From assembly GCA_963790185.1 (NCBI GenBank), contig CAWBNR010000007.1:14832-78831 (forward strand): a DNA stretch of 64,000 nucleotides, read 5' to 3'. Source of the stretch: an uncultured Thermoleophilia bacterium. Its GTDB lineage: Bacteria > Actinomycetota > Thermoleophilia > UBA2241. Each line of letters begins with the position of its first letter. The first letter of the stretch is position 1. The position numbers and the translations under genes were made by a program. The notes below the pieces were generated by a model, which saw only the letters and a list, made by a program, of their open reading frames with translations, did no database searches and was not told the origin of the DNA. Positions 54,179 through 64,000 of this stretch are shown piece by piece.

Positions 54179-54226
54179 GCCCCGAGTCCCGGCGACGGTC
54201 GCCGCCCGCGTATACTCTGCGCTGAT

Positions 54227-54265
54227 GCCGGAGTGGCGGAACTGGTAGACGCCGGGGACTTGAAA
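54227..54265 (+). repeat. 39-nt direct repeat identical to the 5' half (acceptor/D-arm/5' anticodon stem) of the tRNA at 56669; putative att site / tRNA fragment
   Basis: GCCGGAGTGGCGGAACTGGTAGACGCCGGGGACTTGAAA is identical at both sites. The sequence diverges afterwards and no complementary 3' acceptor strand follows. Confidence 0.6.
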
Positions 54266-54695
54266 TGCGTCAGGCTGGTCCCAATGGGTTCTATTGCAGC
54301 CCGTCTCAGGCTCGCCCTCATCAGGCTCGTGACACTGCGTCAGTCGCTGTCCCACCGTCTTCCGACGACCACGTTTGCACTCTGGTTTGCAGCAATCGGT
54401 CAGCTGCGCTGATGGCGATACGAGGGCATTGGACCCGGCTGCCCAGTGATTGATTTACGCCGGTCCGCACTTGGGGAACACTCTGAAACGGAAGCTGAGG
54501 GAGGGCCGCTACCTCCCTGATGTGAGAGCCAGATTCGAGCAGATGCTCCTTGAGCTGGGAGGCCGGCGCGCGTCAGTTACTCGCGAGAGCCGGAAAGTCA
54601 AGTCCTAGCCGCCCTCCTTGTTCGTCATCCCCGAAGAGAGTGATACTGAAGAAGGCGGGACAAGGGGCGCTTCGCCAGGACAGGAGGGAGCCGTC

Positions 54696-55724
54696 ATGGG
54701 CGGAATCACCATCACCATCAACTTCGGTCCACACTGGACTGAGTCGTTCGGCGGTTCCCTTGAGTCTGAGCCTCCAGAGAGTGACTGGGTCGCAATCGAC
54801 TTCGAGACGGCAACGGGACAGCGGGACAGCGCATGCGCGGTGGGGTTGGCTCATGTTCGTCAGGGCAAGGTCGTGGCGGTCGAGAGGGCCTTGATACAGC
54901 CGCCGGGGAACGACTACTTTGGCTACAACATCATGGTACATGGCATCGAGCCAACGATGACCGAGACTGCGCCGACGTTCGAGGACATCTGGCCCTTGCT
55001 GTTCCAGCGAATCCACTCCAAGCCCGTGGTCGCTCACAACGCCAGCTTCGACTTCAGCGTGCTGCGACATTGCCTTGATATGGCGGACATCGAGTACCCA
55101 GAGCTGGACTACTACTGCACGCGGGTCTTCTCCCTGATGCGCTGGCCAGAGCTGCCAAGCCACGCGCTTGAACTGGTCGCCGACCGCTGTGCCGTCGAGT
55201 TTGGCCACCACGATCCCGGTGAGGACGCACGGGCCTGCGCTGAGATTGCTCTCCACATCGCGCGGGAGTGCAGCGCGGGCTGTCTTGAGGAAATCGCCGC
55301 CGCCTGCGGGGTCCGGACCGGAAGGCTTCATCCCGGCAGGTACGACGCTTGCAGCTACAGCAGCCATGGCTCCCGCCAGCAGCGCCGTGAGAGTTCCAGA
55401 CTGACAGAAGCGGATGTGGCTTCACTGGAGTGCGGCGAGTTCGATGAGGCTCATCCGTTCTACTGCGCCGAGGTCATCTTCACAGGCACGCTGCAGAGCA
55501 TGGAGCGTGGAGCCGCGCAGCGGCTGGTCGAGAACGTGGGCGGGTGTGCGCCAGACCGTGGGGTCACAAAGCACGCTGATTATCTGGTCGTCGGAGACGT
55601 TGATATGCGGAAGCTGCGGGCTGCTGAAGCGGTGACCAAGAAGATGGAGAGGGCGATGCAGTTGCGGGCAGCGGGCAAGGACATCGAGATTATCGGCGAG
55701 CGAGAGTTCCTCGAACTGCTCTGA
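54696..55724 (+). CDS. DnaQ-like DEDDh 3'-5' exonuclease fused to a C-terminal BRCT domain
   Basis: Exo I AIDFETATG, Exo II AHNASFDFSVL, Exo III HHDPGEDARACAEI. BRCT AEVIFTGTL...VTKHADYLVVGD. AGGAGGGA ribosome-binding site. Confidence 0.75.
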   Translation: MGGITITINFGPHWTESFGGSLESEPPESDWVAIDFETATGQRDSACAVGLAHVRQGKVVAVERALIQPPGNDYFGYNIMVHGIEPTMTETAPTFEDIWPLLFQRIHSKPVVAHNASFDFSVLRHCLDMADIEYPELDYYCTRVFSLMRWPELPSHALELVADRCAVEFGHHDPGEDARACAEIALHIARECSAGCLEEIAAACGVRTGRLHPGRYDACSYSSHGSRQQRRESSRLTEADVASLECGEFDEAHPFYCAEVIFTGTLQSMERGAAQRLVENVGGCAPDRGVTKHADYLVVGDVDMRKLRAAEAVTKKMERAMQLRAAGKDIEIIGEREFLELL

Positions 55725-55747
55725 GAGGGTCGGGAGGTCAGCGGCAT

Positions 55748-56512
55748 ATGGACTGGCAGTTTGGCTACAACTGCACGCACTTCGTCCCCTGTCTGGACAA
55801 GTGCCGTGTGAAGATAGACCGCTACAACAAGCGGTCGGATTTGCTTGCGGACAGGTGGTTGCTGACTCGCGAAGTCCTCATGTACACGGGCTGGTCCTCA
55901 GAGGAACTTGTCGAGCGCGTAGAGCGGGGCGAAGTAGCGGCCAAGAAGGTGGACAAGCCCATCAACCCGGAGCGGGACGGCTATCTGAGGTCGTGCTTGC
56001 CTTGCTCATGGGAGTGGGACGACTGCAGCATGGCCATCACCGGCGGCGTCTGTGAGTGGTATGAACCGCACGGCCAGGCGCACATAGGCTGCATAGCCGA
56101 CCTTCGGAACTGGCCCGAAGAGCATCCCAACACGGCCTACAGTCCCTCAGTCGAGGACTGGAGGTTGATAGAAGACCGGCTGTGCTGGCGGTCTGTGGGC
56201 GTTGCCGGTCCAACAGACGGTCCCCTAGTCATTGGTGGCGTGAACGTGTGGAGTCGCCGCCCGTGGCGTCCTCGTCGCTCCGGTCGTCCTCCAGAACCCG
56301 TGCTGGCTGTGATAGCCGACTCCTCTGGCCAGCGAAGCCAGATGCCTATCTTCGTCATCTCGGTGCGAGATGAAGCAAGCGACCGGACTCGCAAGGTCAC
56401 GTTCGCTGCCGACGAGGCTTCCCATGACACTTGGGAGTTCTACGTGCCACGCGGCGCGGAACTCAGCATTGGAGACGAAGAGGACCGTGTTGCCAAGGAC
56501 CGGAACGAGTAG
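55748..56512 (+). CDS. Cysteine-rich hypothetical protein (9 Cys in the first 140 aa), no recognisable family
   Basis: GGGAGG ribosome-binding site. Follows the exonuclease gene by 23 nt with the same lower GC. Confidence 0.4.
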   Translation: MDWQFGYNCTHFVPCLDKCRVKIDRYNKRSDLLADRWLLTREVLMYTGWSSEELVERVERGEVAAKKVDKPINPERDGYLRSCLPCSWEWDDCSMAITGGVCEWYEPHGQAHIGCIADLRNWPEEHPNTAYSPSVEDWRLIEDRLCWRSVGVAGPTDGPLVIGGVNVWSRRPWRPRRSGRPPEPVLAVIADSSGQRSQMPIFVISVRDEASDRTRKVTFAADEASHDTWEFYVPRGAELSIGDEEDRVAKDRNE

Positions 56513-56668
56513 CTCAGAGCGTCCTCCTTCCGGCTGCCCAAAGCCTGCGGACTTGCGCAGAAGGAGCGCGTGTTTCAAAGACGCCATTGGTCGTGTGGTC
56601 CCGGTACGCGTTTGCAGTCTGTCTGCAGATGAGCGGCTTTGGTCTACTCCAGCGTATGATTCGATCGT

Positions 56669-56758
56669 GCCGGAGTGGCGGAACTGGTAGACGCCGGGGA
56701 CTTGAAAATCGCCAGTCCCGCAAGGGACGTCCGGGTTCGACTCCCGGCTCCGGCACCA
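56669..56758 (+). tRNA. Type-II tRNA (long variable arm, Leu-like D-arm). Anticodon loop reads CU-UGA-AA (Ser-UGA in the canonical register), but the anticodon stem has two mispairs, so identity is uncertain
   Basis: Acceptor GCCGGAG/CTCCGGC, T-arm CCGGG-TTCGACT-CCCGG, variable arm GTCCC-GCAA-GGGAC, encoded CCA. Confidence 0.65.
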
Positions 56759-56909
56759 TGCGTCGTCCGCGATCTCGCCACCGCCCATCCGCGCCTTCCG
56801 TACCTTCGCGTCTTCCGCCCGCCCCTCTCGCGCACTATCATGGTGTTAGCGGCAGCGAGGAGGGGGCTCGACGCGATGTCCGCGTCGCCGGGTGGCTGCC
56901 GGGACAAGC

Positions 56910-57824
56910 ATGAAAGGGGACACCGTGGGCTACATGATCGCGCTCGTTGTCATCATCATCGTCATCGCGCTTCTGGTGGCGGGCATCCGTATCGTGCGCC
57001 CCACGAGCCGTGGTCTCGTCGAGCGGCTGGGCAAGTACAACCGCTTCGCCGGCCCGGGCTTGCACATCATCATCCCGCTGATCGAGCAGATGTACCGTGT
57101 CGACATCCGCGAGGCGCTCGTCGACGCGCAGCCGCAGACCATCATCACGAACGACAACCTGAACGCCCGCGTCGACGCGCAGGTCTACCTCAAGGTCAAG
57201 GCCGACGAGGAGAACGTCAAGGCGTCGCAGTACAACGTCGCCCAGTACGAGCGCCAGATCGTGAACCTGGCCCGCACCACGCTCCGTAACATCATCGGCA
57301 CCATGAGCCTGAAGTCGGCGAACAGCGAGCGCGGCCGGATCAACGAGGAGCTGCGCTCGACGCTCAAGGTCGAGACCGGGAGCTGGGGCATCGAGATCCT
57401 CCGCACTGAGCTCAAAGAGATCGACCCGCCGGCCGACGTGCAGGAGACGATGAACAAGGTCGTCAAGGCCGAGAACGAGAAGATCGCGGCGATCGACTAC
57501 GCCACGGCGCGCGAGACGCAGGCCGACGGCGAGCGGCGCGCCTCGATCCAGCAGGCGGAGGGTATCAAGCGGGCGCGCGTGCTGGCGGCCGAGGGTGAGG
57601 CCGAGGCGATCAAGCTGGTGAACGAGGCCGCCGACCACTACTTCGTCGGCAACGCACAGGCGCTGCGGCGCATCGAGGCCGTCGAGCGCGCCCTCTGGCA
57701 GAACGCCAAGGTGGTGCTGCCGAGCGACGCCGAGCTGGTCAACGTGATCGGCGACCTCGGCGGCCTGACGCCGATGCCGAAGGCCGGCGCGCCGTCACCG
57801 CCGCCGCCCACGAAGAAGAAGTGA
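56910..57824 (+). CDS. SPFH/band-7 (stomatin/prohibitin-like) membrane protein with Pro/Lys-rich tail
   Basis: N-terminal TM helix, then an SPFH core (RGLVERLGKYNRFAGPGLHIIIPLIEQMYRVDIRE...). Confidence 0.75.
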   Translation: MKGDTVGYMIALVVIIIVIALLVAGIRIVRPTSRGLVERLGKYNRFAGPGLHIIIPLIEQMYRVDIREALVDAQPQTIITNDNLNARVDAQVYLKVKADEENVKASQYNVAQYERQIVNLARTTLRNIIGTMSLKSANSERGRINEELRSTLKVETGSWGIEILRTELKEIDPPADVQETMNKVVKAENEKIAAIDYATARETQADGERRASIQQAEGIKRARVLAAEGEAEAIKLVNEAADHYFVGNAQALRRIEAVERALWQNAKVVLPSDAELVNVIGDLGGLTPMPKAGAPSPPPPTKKK

Positions 57825-57843
57825 CGCCTGCCGCCGCGCCCAC

Positions 57844-58692
57844 TCAGGCGGTCCGCCGGCCGAGCCGGCGCCAGGCCAGCCCGCGGCGCGGCGCGAAGAA
57901 GAACGCCACGACGAACAGGGCGGTCGCGGTCAGCACGATGGCGGCGCCCGAGGCGACGTCGAGGTAGTAGCTGAGGTAGAGGCCGACGATGCTCGAGACC
58001 ACGCCGACGAGCGCGGCGGTGAGCATCATCGTCGGCAGCCGCCGCGTCAGGAGCGACGCCGTCGCCCCCGGCGTCACGAGCAGCGCCGCGACGAGACCCA
58101 CGCCGACGGTCTGCAGCGACACCACGATGGTGAGCGCCAGGAGCACGAGCAGCGCCAACAGCACGAGGTTCGGTCTCCGGCCCAGCATGTGCGCGAGCAC
58201 GGGGTCGAACGAGGCCAGGAGCAGCTCGCGATAGAGCGCGGCGACCGCTGCCAGCACCGCCACGGCCAGCCCAGCCGTCAGCCACACGTCGGTCGTCGAC
58301 ACCCCGAGCACGTCCCCGAAGAGGATGTGCGTCAGGTCGGTCGCGTACGAACCCGTCGTGCTGATGAGGAGGACCCCCAGGGAGAGGGCCGCCGCGAAGA
58401 GGATGCCGATGGCCGTGTCCTCGCGCACGGCGCCGTGTCGGGAGAGGAAGCCGATGCCGAGCGCGACGAGCAGCGCCGCGACCAGGGCGCCGGCCAGCAG
58501 GTTCACGCCGGCCAGATAGGCGAGGGCGATGCCGGGGAGTACGGCGTGGGCCAGGGCGTCGCCGAGGAACGCCATCGAGCGCAGCACGACGTAGCAGCCG
58601 AGCACGGAGCAGACGAGCCCCACGAAGACCGCCGCCACGAGCGCGCGCTGCATGAAGGCGAGGGCGAAGGGCTCGGTCAGCCAGTCGATCAC
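57844..58692 (-). CDS. znuB: Metal (Zn/Mn) ABC transporter permease (ZnuB/MntB family)
   Basis: Multi-TM ABC-3 family sequence; GTG start chosen just after the znuC stop. Confidence 0.7.
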   Translation of the reverse strand: MIDWLTEPFALAFMQRALVAAVFVGLVCSVLGCYVVLRSMAFLGDALAHAVLPGIALAYLAGVNLLAGALVAALLVALGIGFLSRHGAVREDTAIGILFAAALSLGVLLISTTGSYATDLTHILFGDVLGVSTTDVWLTAGLAVAVLAAVAALYRELLLASFDPVLAHMLGRRPNLVLLALLVLLALTIVVSLQTVGVGLVAALLVTPGATASLLTRRLPTMMLTAALVGVVSSIVGLYLSYYLDVASGAAIVLTATALFVVAFFFAPRRGLAWRRLGRRTA

Positions 58693-58711
58693 GGCGTCCT
58701 CCGCGTGCTTG

Positions 58712-59526
<815 letters not shown>

Positions 59527-59530
<4 letters not shown>

Positions 59531-60495
59531 CGCAGCGCCTCAACGATGCGCAGCGTGTCGTGGCGGAGCAGCTCGATGAACGTCGCCGCTCCGCCGCCCG
59601 GCTCGCTCAGGGAGTGGACGCGGAGGTCGTCGACGACGCGGATCCCCGTCTCGCGCGCGATCTGGCGGCTGAGCCGGGGGTTCTCGCCGATGTCGACGAA
59701 GACGGCCTTCACGCCGGTCGCGCGCACGGTGGCGATCAGCTCGGCCAGGTCGCGCGCGCTCGGGGTGTCGCCGCTGCTGACGCTGGGGATCACGGCGCCG
59801 ACGATGCGGAGCCCATAGCGGTCGGCGTAGTACCCGTGGCTGACGTGGTTCATGACGAGCTGCCGGTCGGCCGGCGGGATGGTCTCGATCTGCTCGGCGA
59901 TCCAGCGGTCGAGCTCGTCGAGCTCCGCGATGTACTGGTCGGTGTTGCGCCGGTACTCGCCGGCGCCGGCCGGGTCGAGCTCGATGAGCGCGTCGCGGAT
60001 GTTCTCCACGTAGCGCATCGCGAGGGTCGGGTCGAGCCAGAAGTGCGGGTCGACCTGGGCCTCATGGCCGTCGTTGGCCGCGTCGTCCTCGTGCGTGGGC
60101 TCATCGGGCTGCGGTGTGCGCGGGGCGATGCCCGCGGCGGCCTCGACGATCGGCACGTCGCCGCCCGCCTCGCGCACCATGTCGGCGAGGCGCCCTTCGA
60201 GCCCGGCCCCGTTCAGGATCACGAGATCGGCCTCGAGCACCGCGCGCAGGTCCGCGGGGGTCGCCTCGAAGGCGTGCGGGTCAGTGTCCGGCGGGATCAG
60301 CGCCGAGACGGCGACGCGATCTCCGGCCACGTTGCGCGTCAGGTCGGCGAGGAAGCCCGCGCTCGTCACGACTTGGAGGCGCTCGTCGCCGGCGACCTCG
60401 GCGGCGCCGCACGCGGAGTTCAGGCCGCCGAGCGTGACGAGCACGAGCGCCACGAGGGTCGAGGTGAGCGCCGCGCGCCGCGCGGCCGCATTCAC
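59527..60495 (-). CDS. znuA: Metal ABC transporter substrate-binding lipoprotein (ZnuA/TroA family)
   Basis: Lipobox LNSAC, an acidic/His-rich loop (PTHEDDAANDGHE), and a TroA-like fold. GTG start overlapping the zur stop (GTGA). Confidence 0.7.
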
Positions 60496-60977
60496 CGCCG
60501 CGCTCCCGTTGGTGTCGCCGGGCGCGCGGCAGCGCCGCCCCGGCTCCGGTCTCGCTCCTGACACGCCGCGCAGACGCCGCTCAGCTGCAGGAGGTGCTGC
60601 TCGATCGAGAAGCCGGTCTCCCGGGTCGCCGCCACGATCAAGCCGGAGACATCACAGTCGGTGAACTCGGCGACTCTGCCGCATCTGTCGCAGACCACGC
60701 TGTGACCGTGGTGCGTCTCGGCGGGGACGAAGGTCTCGCAGTGGCCGTCGCCGTGCACTCTCCTGATGGCCCCGAGGTCACTCAACAGGTCGAGCGTGCG
60801 GTAGACGGTGGTCAGCCCGAGGTCGGGACACCGCGCCCGGCTGGCGTCGAACACCTGCAGCGCGCTGAGGGCCCCGCTCGCGTGGGCCAGCGCCTCGACC
60901 ACGGCGCGGCGCTGGCGCGTCAGGCGAAGGCCGCGAGCGCCGAGGCGGGTGGCGATGTCCGTCTCGTCGAGTCTCAA
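60492..60977 (-). CDS. zur: Fur-family zinc uptake regulator (Zur)
   Basis: Winged-helix N-terminus, HHGH..CDRCG..C..C metal sites; heads the zur-znuACB operon. Confidence 0.75.
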   Translation of the reverse strand: MRLDETDIATRLGARGLRLTRQRRAVVEALAHASGALSALQVFDASRARCPDLGLTTVYRTLDLLSDLGAIRRVHGDGHCETFVPAETHHGHSVVCDRCGRVAEFTDCDVSGLIVAATRETGFSIEQHLLQLSGVCAACQERDRSRGGAAARPATPTGARR

Positions 60978-61100
60978 CCGAGCCTCCTCTGCAAGTGAAA
61001 ACCATTTTCAGTAGAGACGCAGACTATACCTCGACCGGCGTCCCCGCAAGGGATGGGGTCCCGAGCAAGGGTGGGGTCCCGGGTCTCGGCGCAGCCGACG

Positions 61101-61778
61101 TCAGGGCTGCGACAGCGGGCAGGCGGCGAAGCAGATGCCGCAGACGCTCTCGGGCAGATCGCCGTACGTCGTCATGTGGTGGCGGCAAGCGTCGGCGTCG
61201 AAGAGCCTCGAGCGCGGCATGCCCGCGCGCCAGCGTACGTCGCGGCCGCATCCGGCAGGGCAGGCGTCGACGCACGCACGGCACCCACCACAGTGTCCTT
61301 CGACGATCGGGGCGCCCACAGGCAGCGAGAGGTCGGTGAACACGGTGGCGAGGCGGACGGCCGGGCCGAAGGCCGTCGAGACGAAGAGCGCGGTCTTGCC
61401 GATCCACCCGAGACCGGCTTGCGTGGCAGCGGTCTTGTGCGGGAACGGTGCGCGGTCGTTGTGGCCGGCCTCGTCCGCGGAGGTCGCGGGGATCGCAACG
61501 GCCTGCTGACCGTGATCCCTCAGGGCGCACGCGAGGGTGGCGGTCGCGCCTTCGAGGGCGGCGTTCACGCGATGGTACTCGTCGCGGTACTCGGCGGTGG
61601 GGCCGTGTCGCAGCCCGCGGACGACCCCTGGCTCGAGACGCATGAGGAGCGAGACGGCGATCGGCAGCTCCGGCGCCAGCGGATCGAGCCCTGGGTCGTT
61701 TGCGGCGACGCCCCATGCCGCCACGTCCCTGCTCCTCAGGAGTCGTCCGATCGTGTGCCGGTCGAGCACGTGCAGCAT
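61101..61778 (-). CDS. 4Fe-4S cluster protein, QueG-like (epoxyqueuosine-reductase family C-terminal module)
   Basis: CGGCRACVDACPAG and CGICFAACP ferredoxin motifs; start at ATG 61778. Confidence 0.4.
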   Translation of the reverse strand: MLHVLDRHTIGRLLRSRDVAAWGVAANDPGLDPLAPELPIAVSLLMRLEPGVVRGLRHGPTAEYRDEYHRVNAALEGATATLACALRDHGQQAVAIPATSADEAGHNDRAPFPHKTAATQAGLGWIGKTALFVSTAFGPAVRLATVFTDLSLPVGAPIVEGHCGGCRACVDACPAGCGRDVRWRAGMPRSRLFDADACRHHMTTYGDLPESVCGICFAACPLSQP

Positions 61779-62112
61779 GGGTCTGCCCCTCTCGACGGTG
61801 CGCCGGGTGGACCGGCACGGCAGGTCACCTAGATGGTGGCATCCCGGTTCGAGGAGTCGCAATGGACGGCCGCACCGACTTGGCCCTTCCACTTGTCCCT
61901 TCTGGACAGTCCCGCCGCCGTTCCGGATGACCTCGTGCGACGCAGGGACATCGGTCGTTTCGGAACGCCGCCCTGCGCCCGCTCCCGGAGGGGAAGGTTT
62001 GCGAACCTCGCCATCGCACCACACTAGGACCAGTCCAGTCCGATATATCGAGGAGGTTGTCCTGAAGGGGACGGTCTGCGGTGGCGGATCGTCCCCTTCG
62101 CCTGGGCTGGGG

Positions 62113-64000
62113 TCACTGCGGGCGGAAACGTCGCAGTCTGAGGCTGTTGCTGACGACCGTGACGCTGGACAGCCCCATGGCCGCCGCCGCGAAGATGGGG
62201 TCGAGCAGGATTCCGAAGACGGGGTAGAAGACGCCGGCCGCGAGCGGGATGAGGGCCACGTTGTAGGCGAAGGCCCAGAAGAGGTTCTGCTTGACGACCG
62301 CTATGGTGCGTCGCGACAGGCTGATGGCGGCGGCGACACCGCGCAGGTCCCCCGAGATGAGAGTGACGTCGCCGGCTTCGACGGCGACGTCGGCGCCCGT
62401 GCCGAGCGCGACGCCGACGTCGGCCTGCGCCAGCGCCGGCGCGTCATTGATCCCGTCGCCGACCATGGCCACCCGGCGTCCTTCCGCCTGCAGGCGCTGG
62501 ATCTCGCCGGCCTTCTCGTGCGGAAGCACCTCGGCGCGCACGTCGTCGAGGCCGACCTCGCGCGCGATCGCCGCCGCGGTGCGGCGGTCGTCGCCGGTCA
62601 GCATGATCACATCGAGACCCAACTCCCGGAGCCGACGCACGCCCTCGGCCGATCCCTCTTTGACCCGGTCGGCGATGGCCAGCGCGCCCGCGGGCCGGCC
62701 GTCGACGCGTGCGAAGACCAGGGTCGCGCCCGTCTCGCGCCGCGCCGCGCCGCGCCGCTCGAGTTCGTCGAAGCCGCCTTTCTCGGCGGCGAAACGAGCG
62801 CTGCCGACCTCGACGAGGCGGCCGTCCACGCGCGCCCGGACGCCGTGGCCGGCGAGCGCCTCGAAATCGCTGAAGGCCGACGGCTCCAGTCCGCGCTCCT
62901 CAGCGGCCTCGAGCACCGCTCGCGCGAGCGGGTGGTCGCTGCCGCGTTCGGCGCCGGCGACGAGACGGAGCAGCTCGGCGGCGCTCAGGCCACCGGCTGC
63001 GCTCGTGCCGTCGCCCTCCGTGCCGCCGTCACCGTCGGCGACAAGCACCTCGACCACGGCCGGCCGGCCCTCCGTGATCGTCCCCGTCTTGTCGAGCACG
63101 ATCGTGTCGAGCTTCTGTGCCGTCTCGAGGGCGGCGCCGTCGCGGATGAGGATGCCCTGCTCGGCGCCCTTGCCCGTCCCGACCATGATGGCCGTGGGGG
63201 TCGCGAGGCCGAGGGCGCACGGGCACGCGATGACGAGCACCGCGATGAAGTTGAGCAGCGCGTAGGTGAAGGCCGGCTCGGGGCCGGCGAGCAGCCAGAC
63301 GACCAGGGTGACGAGCGCGATCGCGATCACGATCGGCACGAAGTAGCCGGCCACCACGTCGGCGAGGCGGGCGATCGGCGGCTTCGAGCCCTGCGCCCGT
63401 TCGACGAGCTGCACGATCTGGGCGAGGGCGGTCTCGCTGCCGACCTTGGTCGCCCTGAAGGTGAAGGAGCCGCTCGTGTTGACGGTCGCCCCGATCACCT
63501 CGTCGCCCGGCCCTTTGCCGACGGGCAGCGGCTCGCCGGTCAGCATCGACTCGTCGACCGAGGACGAACCCTCGAGCACGAGTCCGTCGACCGGCACGCG
63601 TTCTCCGGCGCGTACGAGGACGACGTCGCCCGGCACCACGTCGGCGACGGCGATGTCGTACTCGCGGCCGTCACGGACGACGCGGGCCTGGTCGGGCTGG
63701 AGCCTGATGAGGGCCCGCACGGCCTCGCCCGTCTGGCTCTTGGCGCGCGCCTCGAGCAGGCGGCCGAGCAGCACCAGGGTGATGATGATGGCCGCCGAGT
63801 CGAAGTAGACCGCGCCGGTCAGGCCGCGGGCCTCGAACAGCGCGGGGGCGAGGACCACGAGCACGCTGTAGAAGTAGGCGGCCGAGGCCCCCATCGCGAT
63901 GAGCGTGTTCATGTCGGCGGCGCGGTGACGGAGGGCCGCCCAGGCGCCGCGATAGAAGCGCGCGCCGACCCAGAACTGCACCGGGGTCGTGAGCGCCCAG
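62113..64000 (-). CDS. Heavy-metal (Cu+/Ag+-type, CPC motif) translocating P1B-type ATPase, N-terminus beyond window end
   Basis: [29 protein letters not shown] motifs; the ORF runs off the 3' edge of the window. Confidence 0.85.
   Translation of the reverse strand, partial: WALTTPVQFWVGARFYRGAWAALRHRAADMNTLIAMGASAAYFYSVLVVLAPALFEARGLTGAVYFDSAAIIITLVLLGRLLEARAKSQTGEAVRALIRLQPDQARVVRDGREYDIAVADVVPGDVVLVRAGERVPVDGLVLEGSSSVDESMLTGEPLPVGKGPGDEVIGATVNTSGSFTFRATKVGSETALAQIVQLVERAQGSKPPIARLADVVAGYFVPIVIAIALVTLVVWLLAGPEPAFTYALLNFIAVLVIACPCALGLATPTAIMVGTGKGAEQGILIRDGAALETAQKLDTIVLDKTGTITEGRPAVVEVLVADGDGGTEGDGTSAAGGLSAAELLRLVAGAERGSDHPLARAVLEAAEERGLEPSAFSDFEALAGHGVRARVDGRLVEVGSARFAAEKGGFDELERRGAARRETGATLVFARVDGRPAGALAIADRVKEGSAEGVRRLRELGLDVIMLTGDDRRTAAAIAREVGLDDVRAEVLPHEKAGEIQRLQAEGRRVAMVGDGINDAPALAQADVGVALGTGADVAVEAGDVTLISGDLRGVAAAISLSRRTIAVVKQNLFWAFAYNVALIPLAAGVFYPVFGILLDPIFAAAAMGLSSVTVVSNSLRLRRFRPQ

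Larger units (their letters stand above)
54227..56758 (+). mobile_element. Putative integrated islet or remnant (~2.4 kb, GC ~58-60% versus ~70% flanks) bounded by a tRNA 5'-half repeat and the intact tRNA; no integrase present
   Basis: Direct repeat of tRNA 5' half at both ends, a compositional dip, and two cargo genes (exonuclease-BRCT and a Cys-rich hypothetical). Confidence 0.35.

Noticed and set aside
54265-54453. 62-aa ORF immediately after the tRNA fragment
   Set aside because: It starts inside the repeat and has no ribosome-binding site. It is more likely att-adjacent non-coding DNA. A GGGAGG-(7 nt)-CCTCCC hairpin at ~54,503 may be regulatory.

Overview
The window is a composite of two compositionally and phylogenetically different segments joined at about 30,648.

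Positions 1-30,647 (~52% GC) look like an anaerobic sigma-54-using Gram-negative organism (Desulfobacterota- or Nitrospirota-like). They carry the 3' part of a gas-vesicle (gvp) cluster: a GvpC-like 33-residue-repeat protein, a DnaJ-type CxxCxGxG zinc-finger protein, gvpN, two small cysteine-rich or coiled-coil proteins, gvpF/L, gvpG, two GvpA/J-family genes and gvpK. This is followed by a PAS sensor, a PAS histidine kinase plus CheY-like regulator, kce, a livGFKHM branched-chain amino-acid ABC operon, a cyclase, a double-CHASE3 chemoreceptor, a degraded class I glutamine amidotransferase, a TetR-regulated RND efflux operon, a large secreted transglutaminase-like protein and a triple-PAS sigma-54 activator.

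Positions 30,648-64,000 (~70% GC) have classical actinobacterial synteny: glmU-prs-ctc(rplY)-pth, dacB, mfd, mazG, eno, ftsB-like/DUF501/ppx. Other genes are a tungsten AOR cluster (ferredoxin-AOR-MoaD-like plus a truncated 2-oxoacid:ferredoxin oxidoreductase alpha gene), separate LKR and SDH saccharopine-pathway genes, tRNA-Gln, a pyk gene, an SPFH protein, zur-znuABC, a QueG-like Fe-S protein and a partial CPC-type P-type ATPase.

The junction sits immediately after a stop codon of a low-GC ORF and inside the high-GC korA-like gene. That points to a chimeric contig or artificial join, or less likely a very recent foreign insertion.

Throughout the window, many genes are split by apparent single-nucleotide frameshifts. 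These are densest in eno, pyk, AOR and the amidotransferase, and absent from mfd, glmU, prs and livK. This suggests uncorrected indel errors, or real pseudogenisation in some loci.

A ~2.4 kb lower-GC islet (54,227-56,758) lies between a 39-nt 5' tRNA fragment and the intact type-II tRNA. It carries a DnaQ-like exonuclease-BRCT gene and a cysteine-rich hypothetical. It looks like an integrated-element remnant.

No CRISPR array or transposase was seen.
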